This document shows, in pieces, positions 47,652 through 56,443 of a stretch of DNA of 64,000 nucleotides. Source of the stretch: Eubacteriales bacterium (lineage in GTDB: Bacteria; Bacillota; Clostridia; Oscillospirales; CAG-382); contig JAZRTY010000023.1 of assembly GCA_045652245.1 (NCBI GenBank), positions 38,588 to 102,587 of the forward strand, given 5' to 3'. How positions within the stretch are numbered: position 1 is the stretch's first letter; each line of letters opens with the position of its first letter. Under the pieces are notes generated by a model. That model had not been told where the DNA came from, made no database searches, and saw nothing but the letters and a program-made list of their open reading frames with translations. The position numbers and the translations under genes were made by a program.

Positions 47652-48509
47652 ATGAAAACTGCAAGAAGACAAATTATTTCGGGTATGATTCAGCAACAGC
47701 CCTTTATATCCTTTAAAGAGCTTGAAGAGCGTTTTCCGAATGTTACCGGTATGACCCTGCGTCGTGATATAGAGTATTTTGAAAAGGTCGGAGAGATTAT
47801 AAAAGTGCGTGGGGGTGCACGGTCAATAAAATTCATAACCGCAACAATTGATGAGGACTATACTGTACGTGACAAGGAAAATTACAGCTCAAAGCTAACT
47901 ATTGCAAGCAAGGTAGTTTCTCTTATCGAGGAAGGAAAATCCTACTATTTTGATTCCGGCACTACAATTATGCGTCTTGCAGAGCTGTTACCTGATATGT
48001 TTTTAAATATTACCACCTCAAGTCCGAATATTGCACTTGAACTACTCCGTAAAAAATCTACGATTGTTTATCTTATCGGTGGAATTCTCAATCGCGAAAG
48101 CTTTTCAACAACGGGTGATTTAGCCTTGTCTTGTGCTGAAAACATAAGTGTTGATGTAGCCTTTATGACTCCGTCGGGGTATTCCGAAAACAGCGGTTTT
48201 ACTTGTGGAAACCTTGCCGAAAACTCAATAAAAAGCGCAATAGTCAAGAGGGCAAAAAAGGTAATAATGCTTATGGATTCTTCAAAGCTTGATAAAAATA
48301 TGCCCTACACCTTCTGCAGAATCTCCGATATTGACACTCTTATTGTTGACAAGCCCATTCCTGCCTCCTATATTGATACGGCAGCTTATCCGAACCTTAA
48401 TATAGAGGTTTGTAACGACAGAGAAAATACATCCCACGAAATTACCACAAAATGTCTTACCCCCGAAGAATTACAAATTCTCAGGGAAAGAAAAAATCTT
48501 GACATCTGA
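47652..48509 (+). CDS. DeoR/GlpR-family transcriptional regulator
   Basis: 285 aa; N-terminal winged HTH ..FISFKELEERFPNVTGMTLRRDIEYFEK..; C-terminal DeoR sugar-phosphate-binding-like domain. Confidence 0.8.
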   Translation: MKTARRQIISGMIQQQPFISFKELEERFPNVTGMTLRRDIEYFEKVGEIIKVRGGARSIKFITATIDEDYTVRDKENYSSKLTIASKVVSLIEEGKSYYFDSGTTIMRLAELLPDMFLNITTSSPNIALELLRKKSTIVYLIGGILNRESFSTTGDLALSCAENISVDVAFMTPSGYSENSGFTCGNLAENSIKSAIVKRAKKVIMLMDSSKLDKNMPYTFCRISDIDTLIVDKPIPASYIDTAAYPNLNIEVCNDRENTSHEITTKCLTPEELQILRERKNLDI

Positions 48510-48548
48510 CGATTTTAACATTGTTTTGGGCAGAATTAACAATTTGGT

Positions 48549-48563
48549 AAAAAAAAAAAAAAA
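48549..48563. repeat. Homopolymeric A15 tract (A15-C-A6)
   Basis: Read directly; lies between the DeoR stop and a TGaTAGAAT extended -10 (48595-48603) upstream of the secreted-protein gene. Confidence 0.9.
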
Positions 48564-48653
48564 CAAAAAATATGTATTTTTACTGCAAAAAATATGATAG
48601 AATATTTTTACTGAAAAACACTCAGTAAAGACATTCTAAGAAAGGAGAGTTCT

Positions 48654-50069
48654 ATGAAAAAACTCTTGGCAATTTTACTTACTTTCACATTACTTATTTC
48701 GTGTTCATCTATGGTTCTTGCAAAAGAAACAGATACCGTACAGGTTATTATACCCTCATATTCTGTGGAAATCTGTAACGGTCCGGTTTATTATTATGAC
48801 TCGCTCTATCCTTTTTTATCCTACAAAAATATCACTTATTTCCCGATGACCTATGACTACTGCAGAGTTCTGGGACTACTTACAAGCTGGGATGCGCAAA
48901 AGGGGTTGTTTATTGCCGGAGCAGACACAAAAGGTACTCTTCCGATTTACGAAACAACAGATAATTCCGGAATTCTTACTGCAACACTCCCCACCTACGA
49001 TATTTATGTAAACGGCAAAAAAATTGATAACTCAAAGCAGGAATATCCCCTTCTTAATTTCCGTGGTGTTACATATTTCCCGATGACCTATGACTTTTCA
49101 AAAGAGCTTCTCTGGACACTTGATTTTACTCCCGAAAAATTTACTGTAAATAAAGTAACAGATGATTCGGGTGTAAACACACGTAATCTAGAAGAAAACG
49201 CTGTTATCTTCCAGCACTCTACCTGGGAAACCTACTGGCAGGAGCCGGATTTCATTTATACAGTATATCCTACACTTTCAACAAGAAACCAACAAAACCA
49301 TTACTACAGAGCAAACCTTGATACCTTTGAAGTTACAGAAATTGAAAAGCCGGATTACTCAAGCTCTGTTACGATGTTCCCGGACTTTACCTTTGATAAA
49401 GCAGAGGTAACAGAGAATGATGACGGTAAAATCTATGTTGACAACATGGAGATTGTCGATTCAGACTATGACTCTTTCAAGGAAAGTATTGCATCAGCAT
49501 ACGAAGTAACAGGGTATCATCTTATGGCATCCAAGATTTATTCAGATAATATCACGTTTTATCAACTTGTAAAGCAGGCGAATATTATTCTTCCCGGAAG
49601 TGGTGTGTATCATTACACAAACGATTACACAACCTATGTAAAGATTGGTGACAAACTTGTAAAATTCAGAAATTATACCACTCCCGACAGTACACTAAAA
49701 GCCGGAGATAACGTATATTTTACAGCACGTAAGTTTGTAAAAACGATAATGACTCATTACTCGGATCAAGCAATGCTGTTCTATCTTCCGGAAGGTGCGC
49801 CCGAGCCTGTAAGTCTTACAGATAAGCTTGGAATATCCCACGCAGAGCTGCTTGGAGTTCACGACGGAAAGCTTTACTTCAAAGCACATTTCTCAAATTC
49901 CGATACCGGAGATACGATTGACGTAGGACGTGACGGATATTACACTCTTGACGGGGACAAACTCGAAAAGATAGGAAACTATGCAGATGTTCACTATGAA
50001 TTTTTAAAGGATGACGGTTCACTTTACGGACTAAACTACTACAAAAAGGAATTTGTAAAGCTCAACTAA
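48654..50069 (+). CDS. Secreted hypothetical protein with duplicated N-terminal module
   Basis: 471 aa; signal peptide MKKLLAILLTFTLLISCSSMVLA; two copies of a module ending ..(I/V)TYFPMTYD(Y/F)..; AAAGGAGAG RBS. Confidence 0.7.
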   Translation: MKKLLAILLTFTLLISCSSMVLAKETDTVQVIIPSYSVEICNGPVYYYDSLYPFLSYKNITYFPMTYDYCRVLGLLTSWDAQKGLFIAGADTKGTLPIYETTDNSGILTATLPTYDIYVNGKKIDNSKQEYPLLNFRGVTYFPMTYDFSKELLWTLDFTPEKFTVNKVTDDSGVNTRNLEENAVIFQHSTWETYWQEPDFIYTVYPTLSTRNQQNHYYRANLDTFEVTEIEKPDYSSSVTMFPDFTFDKAEVTENDDGKIYVDNMEIVDSDYDSFKESIASAYEVTGYHLMASKIYSDNITFYQLVKQANIILPGSGVYHYTNDYTTYVKIGDKLVKFRNYTTPDSTLKAGDNVYFTARKFVKTIMTHYSDQAMLFYLPEGAPEPVSLTDKLGISHAELLGVHDGKLYFKAHFSNSDTGDTIDVGRDGYYTLDGDKLEKIGNYADVHYEFLKDDGSLYGLNYYKKEFVKLN

Positions 50070-50083
50070 GATAACTTCATACT

Positions 50084-50119
50084 CCCCTTGCTGTACTTTG
50101 TAGCAAGGGGGAAATTTTT
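50084..50119 (+). terminator. Rho-independent terminator
   Basis: CCCCTTGCT-9 nt-AGCAAGGGG, then GAAATTTTT. Confidence 0.75.
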
Positions 50120-50163
50120 GCTCAATTTTAACACTAAAATTACATTTAAACTAAAATTTCGCC

Positions 50164-50192
50164 TTTACAAAAAGCGTGTCTTGTGATATAAT
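50164..50192 (+). promoter_or_regulatory. Sigma-A promoter (extended -10)
   Basis: TTTACA -17 nt- TGaTATAAT upstream of the methyltransferase gene. Confidence 0.55.
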
Positions 50193-50232
50193 ATAATTTG
50201 TATAATTTTGACTTTTTAAGGAGACTTTCGGT

Positions 50233-50982
50233 TTGTTCTACGGAAATACACTTGCAAAAGTATACGATGCACTCAATGACGAAATTGACATTTCAGCCTG
50301 GGCTGATTTTATCTGCCGTGTTTTCGGAAAATACACAGACAGAGAAATAAAAAAAGTGTGTGAGCTTGCCTGTGGTACCGGCAATATGGCAATAGAGCTT
50401 GCCGGACGCAGTTTTGATATTACTGCCTCGGATATTTCAACCGAGATGCTCACGGAAGCTGAAAACAAAACAAGAAATGCAGGTCTTGAGGTGCGCTATG
50501 TCTGCGCTGATATGCGTTCCTTTTCGTTATATAACAAAGCCGATGCCGTGCTGTGTCTTCTTGACAGTATGAACTATCTGACTAAACCCTCAGATTTTGT
50601 TTCGGCACTTGAGAGTGTTTACAAAAATCTCAGCGATGGCGGTCTGTTTATTTTTGATATAAATTCAAAGTACAAATTTGAAAATATCTATTCAGATAAT
50701 GCTTATGTAATCGAGAACGAGGGTGTTCTCTGCGCCTGGCAGAATTTCTACAATCCGAAAAGTAAAATCTGCGACTTTTATCTCTCGATTTTCACAGAAA
50801 ACAACGACGGAAGCTACACAAGGAATGACGAGCATCAAAGAGAGAGAATGTACACTCTGCGTTCGGTTTCAAAGATGCTACGGGACACAGGCTTTACTCT
50901 TTGTGGAGTGTTTTCTGATTTTGATTTTACTCCTGCCAACGAAGAAGATTGTGAAAGGCTCTATATAGTTGCTAAAAAATAA
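50233..50982 (+). CDS. Class I SAM-dependent methyltransferase
   Basis: 249 aa, TTG start after AAGGAGA; motif I ELACGTGNMAIELA. Confidence 0.75.
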   Translation: MFYGNTLAKVYDALNDEIDISAWADFICRVFGKYTDREIKKVCELACGTGNMAIELAGRSFDITASDISTEMLTEAENKTRNAGLEVRYVCADMRSFSLYNKADAVLCLLDSMNYLTKPSDFVSALESVYKNLSDGGLFIFDINSKYKFENIYSDNAYVIENEGVLCAWQNFYNPKSKICDFYLSIFTENNDGSYTRNDEHQRERMYTLRSVSKMLRDTGFTLCGVFSDFDFTPANEEDCERLYIVAKK

Positions 50983-51000
50983 ATTTTAAAGGACGTAACA

Positions 51001-51882
51001 ATGAAACAAAATACTATAAGTCGTGCTATGACTGTATGCGGAAACGCAAGAATACTAATTATAAATTCAAGGGAAATGGTAAATGATGCCATAAAAATAC
51101 ACAGTCTCTCCCCTACCTGTGCTGCAGCTCTCGGAAGAACTCTGACAGCAGCCTCTTTAATCGGTGTTATGCTCAAGAACGCAACCGATACTGCAACTCT
51201 CACCTTTAACGGTGACGGCGTGTGTGGAAAGCTGATTGCTACTGCCGATTACTACGGAAATGTTAAGGGCTGTGCTGAAAATCCGACGGCTGACCTTCCT
51301 TTGAACTCCAAAGGAAAGCTTGATGTTGCAGGTGCCGTTGGTAAGGGTAATATGTATATTATCCGTGATACAGGTGAAAAGGAGCCATATATCGGCATGA
51401 TTCCGATAGTATCGGGTGAGATTGCCGAGGATATCACAGAATACTATGCAAGAAGTGAGCAGATTCCGACAGTTTGTGCGCTTGGTGTTCTTGTAGATAC
51501 AGATTATTCCTGTCGTGCTGCCGGCGGAATTATGATTCAGCTGCTTCCGGGTGCTGACGATGAATTTATAGACAGACTTTCTGCTCGTGTACCACTTCTT
51601 TCAAATATTTCTTATCTTTTCAGCGAAGGTAAGACCAACAAGGAACTTCTTGACTATATTCTGGGTGACATTGAATATGACCTTTTTGATGAAATTGACT
51701 GTTCATATCATTGTGATTGCTCGGTAGAGCGAGTCGAAAAGGCTCTTATTTCTCTTGGAAAAGTGGAAATTGAAAGCATTATAAATGACAACAAGCCCAT
51801 TGAGGTTGGTTGTCAGTTCTGTGGCAAGAAGTACACCTTCACAAAGGAAGATATGCAAAAGCTTTACGAGAGTGCAAAATAA
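51001..51882 (+). CDS. hslO: Redox-regulated chaperone Hsp33
   Basis: 293 aa; C-terminal zinc centre CDCS....CQFCGKKY. Confidence 0.9.
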   Translation: MKQNTISRAMTVCGNARILIINSREMVNDAIKIHSLSPTCAAALGRTLTAASLIGVMLKNATDTATLTFNGDGVCGKLIATADYYGNVKGCAENPTADLPLNSKGKLDVAGAVGKGNMYIIRDTGEKEPYIGMIPIVSGEIAEDITEYYARSEQIPTVCALGVLVDTDYSCRAAGGIMIQLLPGADDEFIDRLSARVPLLSNISYLFSEGKTNKELLDYILGDIEYDLFDEIDCSYHCDCSVERVEKALISLGKVEIESIINDNKPIEVGCQFCGKKYTFTKEDMQKLYESAK

Positions 51883-51896
51883 AGGAAATTCCAGAT

Positions 51897-53321
51897 ATGA
51901 AAAAATACGAGAATTTTGATTTTAACGACATAAATATGCAAAGGGAGCTAATACGCGAGCTTCGCATAATAAATGCACAAAAGGAAAAACTACTCGGAAG
52001 AAAGCTTCGTGCTTGTGTGCAAACCTTCGGGTGTCAGCAGAATGAGGCAGACAGCGAAAAGTTACTTGGAACGGCGCTTGCGTGTGGCTACGAAAAGTGC
52101 GACAATGTCGAGGATGCAGACCTTATAATATACAACACCTGCGCTGTACGTGAACACGCAGAGCTGAGGGCTCTTTCAAAAACAGGGCAGCTCAAGCACT
52201 TAAAAGAAAAAAATCCCGACCTTTTAATAGGTCTTTGGGGTTGTATGGTATCTCAGGAGCACAGAACAAACACCATAAAGCACAGCTATCCTTATGTTGA
52301 CTTTGTTGCCGGCACAAATATGCTTCACAGGCTTCCCGAAATTCTTTATGATGTGGAGATTTCAAAGAGAAGAAGATACTATGTTGACGACAAGGACTAT
52401 TCGGTAATTGAAGGTGTCCCCTGTGAACGTGACAGTTCCTTTAAGGCTTGGGTTTCGGTTATGTACGGCTGTAACAACTTCTGTACCTACTGTGTAGTGC
52501 CGTATGTGCGTGGCAGAGAAAGAAGCAGGAAACCTTCGGAGATACTTGCTGAAGTAAGAGACCTCGTTATGCGTGGCTACAAGGAAATTACTCTCCTTGG
52601 GCAGAATGTAAACTCATACGGTAAGTCACTCCCCATTGAGGAAAGAATTACCTTTGCACAGCTTCTTTCAGAAATATGTAAAATTGAGGGTGATTTTATA
52701 GTTCGGTTTATGACCTCTCACCCAAAGGATGCCTCTGACGAGCTTATCGAGGTGATGTCAAAAAATCCAAAGATTGCAAAGCATTTTCACCTACCCGTTC
52801 AATCAGGCAGCACAAAGGTGCTTGGGGACATGAACAGACGTTACACACGGGAGCATTATATTGAGCTTGCAGGTAAAATAAAATCTGCAATGCCTGACAT
52901 AACCCTTACAACAGACATTATTGTAGGTTTTCCGACTGAAACCGAAGAGGATTTCCAAGATACCCTTTCGGTAATACGTGAGGTTGGTTTTGATTCAATT
53001 TATGCGTTTATCTTCTCTCCCCGTAACGGAACGCCTGCTAAGGATATGCCAAATGTTTCGACAAAAGAAGAAATAAGTGACAGATTTTCAAGGCTTTTAG
53101 CCCTTGAGGCGCAGGTCAACGCAGAGCTTGGAGAGCGCATGGTAGGTAAAAAAATGCGTGTACTTGTGGATTCTCATCCCGATGAGTGTGGAATCAGTAC
53201 TGCCAGAAGCGAAGGCAACAAAATTGTAAGATTCAATACAGATACAGACTTTTACGGAAAATTCGTAAATGTAGAAATAATAAGCGCGCAAGGGTCTAAC
53301 CTTTTTGCAAAACAAATTTGA
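51897..53321 (+). CDS. miaB: tRNA-i6A37 methylthiotransferase MiaB
   Basis: Start moved to ATG 51897 (the track start at 51810 overlaps hslO); ..VQTFGCQQNEADSE.., radical SAM CNNFCTYC, C-terminal TRAM domain. Confidence 0.92.
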   Translation: MKKYENFDFNDINMQRELIRELRIINAQKEKLLGRKLRACVQTFGCQQNEADSEKLLGTALACGYEKCDNVEDADLIIYNTCAVREHAELRALSKTGQLKHLKEKNPDLLIGLWGCMVSQEHRTNTIKHSYPYVDFVAGTNMLHRLPEILYDVEISKRRRYYVDDKDYSVIEGVPCERDSSFKAWVSVMYGCNNFCTYCVVPYVRGRERSRKPSEILAEVRDLVMRGYKEITLLGQNVNSYGKSLPIEERITFAQLLSEICKIEGDFIVRFMTSHPKDASDELIEVMSKNPKIAKHFHLPVQSGSTKVLGDMNRRYTREHYIELAGKIKSAMPDITLTTDIIVGFPTETEEDFQDTLSVIREVGFDSIYAFIFSPRNGTPAKDMPNVSTKEEISDRFSRLLALEAQVNAELGERMVGKKMRVLVDSHPDECGISTARSEGNKIVRFNTDTDFYGKFVNVEIISAQGSNLFAKQI

Positions 53322-53343
53322 CAAATTTTGAGGAGTAAGTATT

Positions 53344-53766
53344 ATGACAGAGAATCAGATAATTGAAATGGCAAAGTCACTTGGTAAGGAAATTTCAGAA
53401 AGTGAAAAATTCAAGGAGTTTATGGAAGCGAAAAGGGAATTTCTCGCAAGTGATGAGCTGAAAACAAAACTTACCGAATTTAAAGTACAAAAGGCACTCA
53501 TTGACAAGCAGGCAGAACTTAAAAATGCTGATGAGGTAGTTATTGACGCAATCGGTGCAAGAGCTGATTTACTTTTCAGAGAAATAAACGAAAGCCCGAT
53601 TTTTCAGAGATTTCAGACAGCAGAACAGGAATTCAACATCCTGCTTAATGCTGTAAACACCACTATAAGCTCATATCTTTCAGGACAGACCGAAGTTTCC
53701 GGACAAGGTGCTTGTTCCGGCAACTGTTCTTCCTGCAAGTCCTCCTGCTCACATTCTCACGAATAA
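53344..53766 (+). CDS. YlbF/YmcA-family regulatory protein with Cys-rich C-terminal tail
   Basis: 140 aa; helical N-terminal ..AKSLGKEISESEKFKEFMEAKREF..; tail GQGACSGNCSSCKSSCSHSHE. Confidence 0.65.
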   Translation: MTENQIIEMAKSLGKEISESEKFKEFMEAKREFLASDELKTKLTEFKVQKALIDKQAELKNADEVVIDAIGARADLLFREINESPIFQRFQTAEQEFNILLNAVNTTISSYLSGQTEVSGQGACSGNCSSCKSSCSHSHE

Positions 53767-53819
53767 TTTTAAGCTTCCAGAAAACGCAATATGCGTAAAA
53801 GAAAGGAACTATAATTCTT

Positions 53820-56411
53820 ATGCCATATACGCCAATGATGCTTCAGTATTTTGAAGTTAAAGAACAATATCCCGATCACATACTGTTTTACAGACTCGGA
53901 GACTTTTATGAAATGTTCTTCGAGGATGCAAAGACTGCCTCACGTGAGCTTGAATTGACTCTTACAGGCAGGGATTGTGGTATGGAGGAACGTGCACCTA
54001 TGTGTGGGGTCCCCTATCACAGTGCTGAAGGGTATATAGCAAAGCTTGTTTCTCGTGGCTACAAGGTCGCTATCTGCGAACAGACAGAGGACCCGGCACA
54101 AGCCAAGGGTATAGTTAAGCGTGAGGTTATAAGAATTATAACACCCGGAACTGTTACAGAAGGAAGCCTTCTTCTTGAGGGTAAAAACAATTATCTGTGT
54201 GCTATTTACATTGAGGGTGCAAAGGCAGGCTTCGCAGTAGCCGATATTTCTACTGCAGAGGTATATGCTACAGACTTCTCTCAGGGTGATATTCTCTCAA
54301 ATCTTATGGGCGAGCTTGCAGTTTATTCGCCAAGTGAGGTTATAACAAATCTTCCCGAACAAAGCCTTGAGGAAATGGCTGATTTTATTAAAGGCAGACT
54401 CGGAGCATTTTTATCGGTAGGCAATAATGATGCCTTTAACGGAAAAGGCGAAATTCTCGAAAAACAATTTGGAGAAGACTATACCGAGAAATATAATATA
54501 GCTCCTGACTCCCCTGTGAATAATGCCCTGTCTGCACTTATTGATTACCTTATTGAAACCCAAAAGGGTGATATTTCCCACATAAACAAGCTGACCTATT
54601 ATACAAATGAACAGTTTTTGGCTCTTGACGTCAATACAAGACGAAACCTTGAGCTATGCGAGGCTATGCGTACTCGTGAAAAGAAAGGTACTCTGCTTTG
54701 GGTGCTTGATAAAACAAAAACTGCGATGGGTTCAAGACTTCTTCGAAAATGGGTTGAACAGCCACTTCTTTCAGTAAATCTTATATCGCAAAGACAAAAT
54801 GCTGTAAAGGAGCTTTATAGTTCATTTATCGCAAAGGAAGAGCTGCAGCTTGAGCTTTCCGGAATTAACGATATTGAACGACTCCTTACAAAAATCGTTT
54901 ACGGTACTGCAGGCGGACGTGACCTTACAGCCCTTATGACTACTTGTGAACATTTGCCGAAAATACGTGAGCTGCTATCTTCTTTTTCCTGTGATGAGCT
55001 TTGTAATCTTTATACCGAAATTGATGAGCTATCGGATATTTGTGCTCTTATTAAGGCTGCAATATGTGAAAATCCCCCCTTCTCTGTTCGTGAGGGTGGT
55101 TTTATCCGTGACGGGTATAACGCACAGGTTGACGAGCTTCGTGGTATGCTCGGTGAGGGTAAAAGCTGGATTTCGCAGATTGAAGCGAAGGAAAAAGAAG
55201 CAACAGGTATTAAAAATCTGAAAATCGGTTATAACCGTGTTTTCGGGTACTATATTGAGGTTACAAAATCCTATATTGACCAAGTACCCGAAACTTATAT
55301 CAGAAAACAAACGCTCACAGGCTGTGAGCGATACATAACACAAGAGCTTAAGGATATGGAAGCAAAGGTGCTTGGTGCGCAGGACAAGGTTATTGCACTT
55401 GAATATGAGCTTTTTGTGAAAATCTGTACATATATTTCCGAAAATATGCTCAGAATTCAGAAAACTGCGTCACTTCTTGCACGTCTTGATGTATATGTTT
55501 CACTGGCAGACGTGGCACTTAAAAACAATTACGTCTGCCCCGAAGTTGATTATTCAGACAAGCTCGAAATTCGTGGTGGCAGACATCCTATTGTTGAAAA
55601 ATATATGCACGGAACACAGATGTTTGTACCAAATGACGCGTATCTTGACGAAAACAGACGTATTATGCTCATTACAGGTCCAAATATGGCAGGTAAGTCT
55701 ACATATATGAGACAGAACGCACTTATTGTAATAATGGCACAGATTGGCTCGTTTGTTCCTTGTGAGAGTGCAAGAATAGGAATTGTTGACAAGGTTTTCA
55801 CAAGAGTTGGTGCAAGTGATGACCTGGCGTCAGGGCAATCGACCTTTATGCTTGAAATGAACGAGGTAGCGTACATTCTTGCAAACGCTACAAAAAAGAG
55901 CTTTATTATCTATGACGAAATAGGCAGAGGAACCTCGACCTATGACGGAATGAGTATTGCAAGAGCAATCTGCGAATACACGGCAGGTAAGAAAATCGGT
56001 GCTAAAACTATGTTTGCAACGCATTATCACGAGCTTTGTGAGCTTCCCGAAACCTATCCTTGCATTGTGAATTACTCAATTGCAGCAAAGAAACGTGGCG
56101 ATGAGCTTATATTCCTTCGTAAGATAGTTGAGGGTGCAGCAGACGACAGCTACGGTATTGAGGTTGCAAAGCTTGCAGGTGTACCGAATGAGGTTATAAA
56201 GCGAGCAAAGGAAGTTTTAGAGAGTCTTGAGGGTGGAATTGGTATTCCACTTGGCAGGGGGGCTAAAAAGGTTGAAGAGGATATCAGCCTTTCCTTTGAG
56301 GATCTGGCAAAAGATAAGCTTTACTCGCTGATTAAGCACACAGACCTTGATACAATTTCTCCGATTGAGGCTTTACAAAAGCTTTATGAGCTCAAAAAAT
56401 ATACTAACTAA
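53820..56411 (+). CDS. mutS: DNA mismatch repair protein MutS
   Basis: 863 aa; MPYTPMMLQYFEVK.., Walker A GPNMAGKST, ..STFMLEM... Confidence 0.97.
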   Translation: MPYTPMMLQYFEVKEQYPDHILFYRLGDFYEMFFEDAKTASRELELTLTGRDCGMEERAPMCGVPYHSAEGYIAKLVSRGYKVAICEQTEDPAQAKGIVKREVIRIITPGTVTEGSLLLEGKNNYLCAIYIEGAKAGFAVADISTAEVYATDFSQGDILSNLMGELAVYSPSEVITNLPEQSLEEMADFIKGRLGAFLSVGNNDAFNGKGEILEKQFGEDYTEKYNIAPDSPVNNALSALIDYLIETQKGDISHINKLTYYTNEQFLALDVNTRRNLELCEAMRTREKKGTLLWVLDKTKTAMGSRLLRKWVEQPLLSVNLISQRQNAVKELYSSFIAKEELQLELSGINDIERLLTKIVYGTAGGRDLTALMTTCEHLPKIRELLSSFSCDELCNLYTEIDELSDICALIKAAICENPPFSVREGGFIRDGYNAQVDELRGMLGEGKSWISQIEAKEKEATGIKNLKIGYNRVFGYYIEVTKSYIDQVPETYIRKQTLTGCERYITQELKDMEAKVLGAQDKVIALEYELFVKICTYISENMLRIQKTASLLARLDVYVSLADVALKNNYVCPEVDYSDKLEIRGGRHPIVEKYMHGTQMFVPNDAYLDENRRIMLITGPNMAGKSTYMRQNALIVIMAQIGSFVPCESARIGIVDKVFTRVGASDDLASGQSTFMLEMNEVAYILANATKKSFIIYDEIGRGTSTYDGMSIARAICEYTAGKKIGAKTMFATHYHELCELPETYPCIVNYSIAAKKRGDELIFLRKIVEGAADDSYGIEVAKLAGVPNEVIKRAKEVLESLEGGIGIPLGRGAKKVEEDISLSFEDLAKDKLYSLIKHTDLDTISPIEALQKLYELKKYTN

Positions 56412-56443
56412 TATTTATTAGGTTAAAAGGCAGGTGACTATAT

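Noticed and set aside
51810-51896. Track start of miaB overlapping the last 73 nt of hslO
   Set aside because: The extension has no RBS and is read from inside hslO. ATG 51897 follows AAGGAAA and gives the usual MiaB N-terminus.
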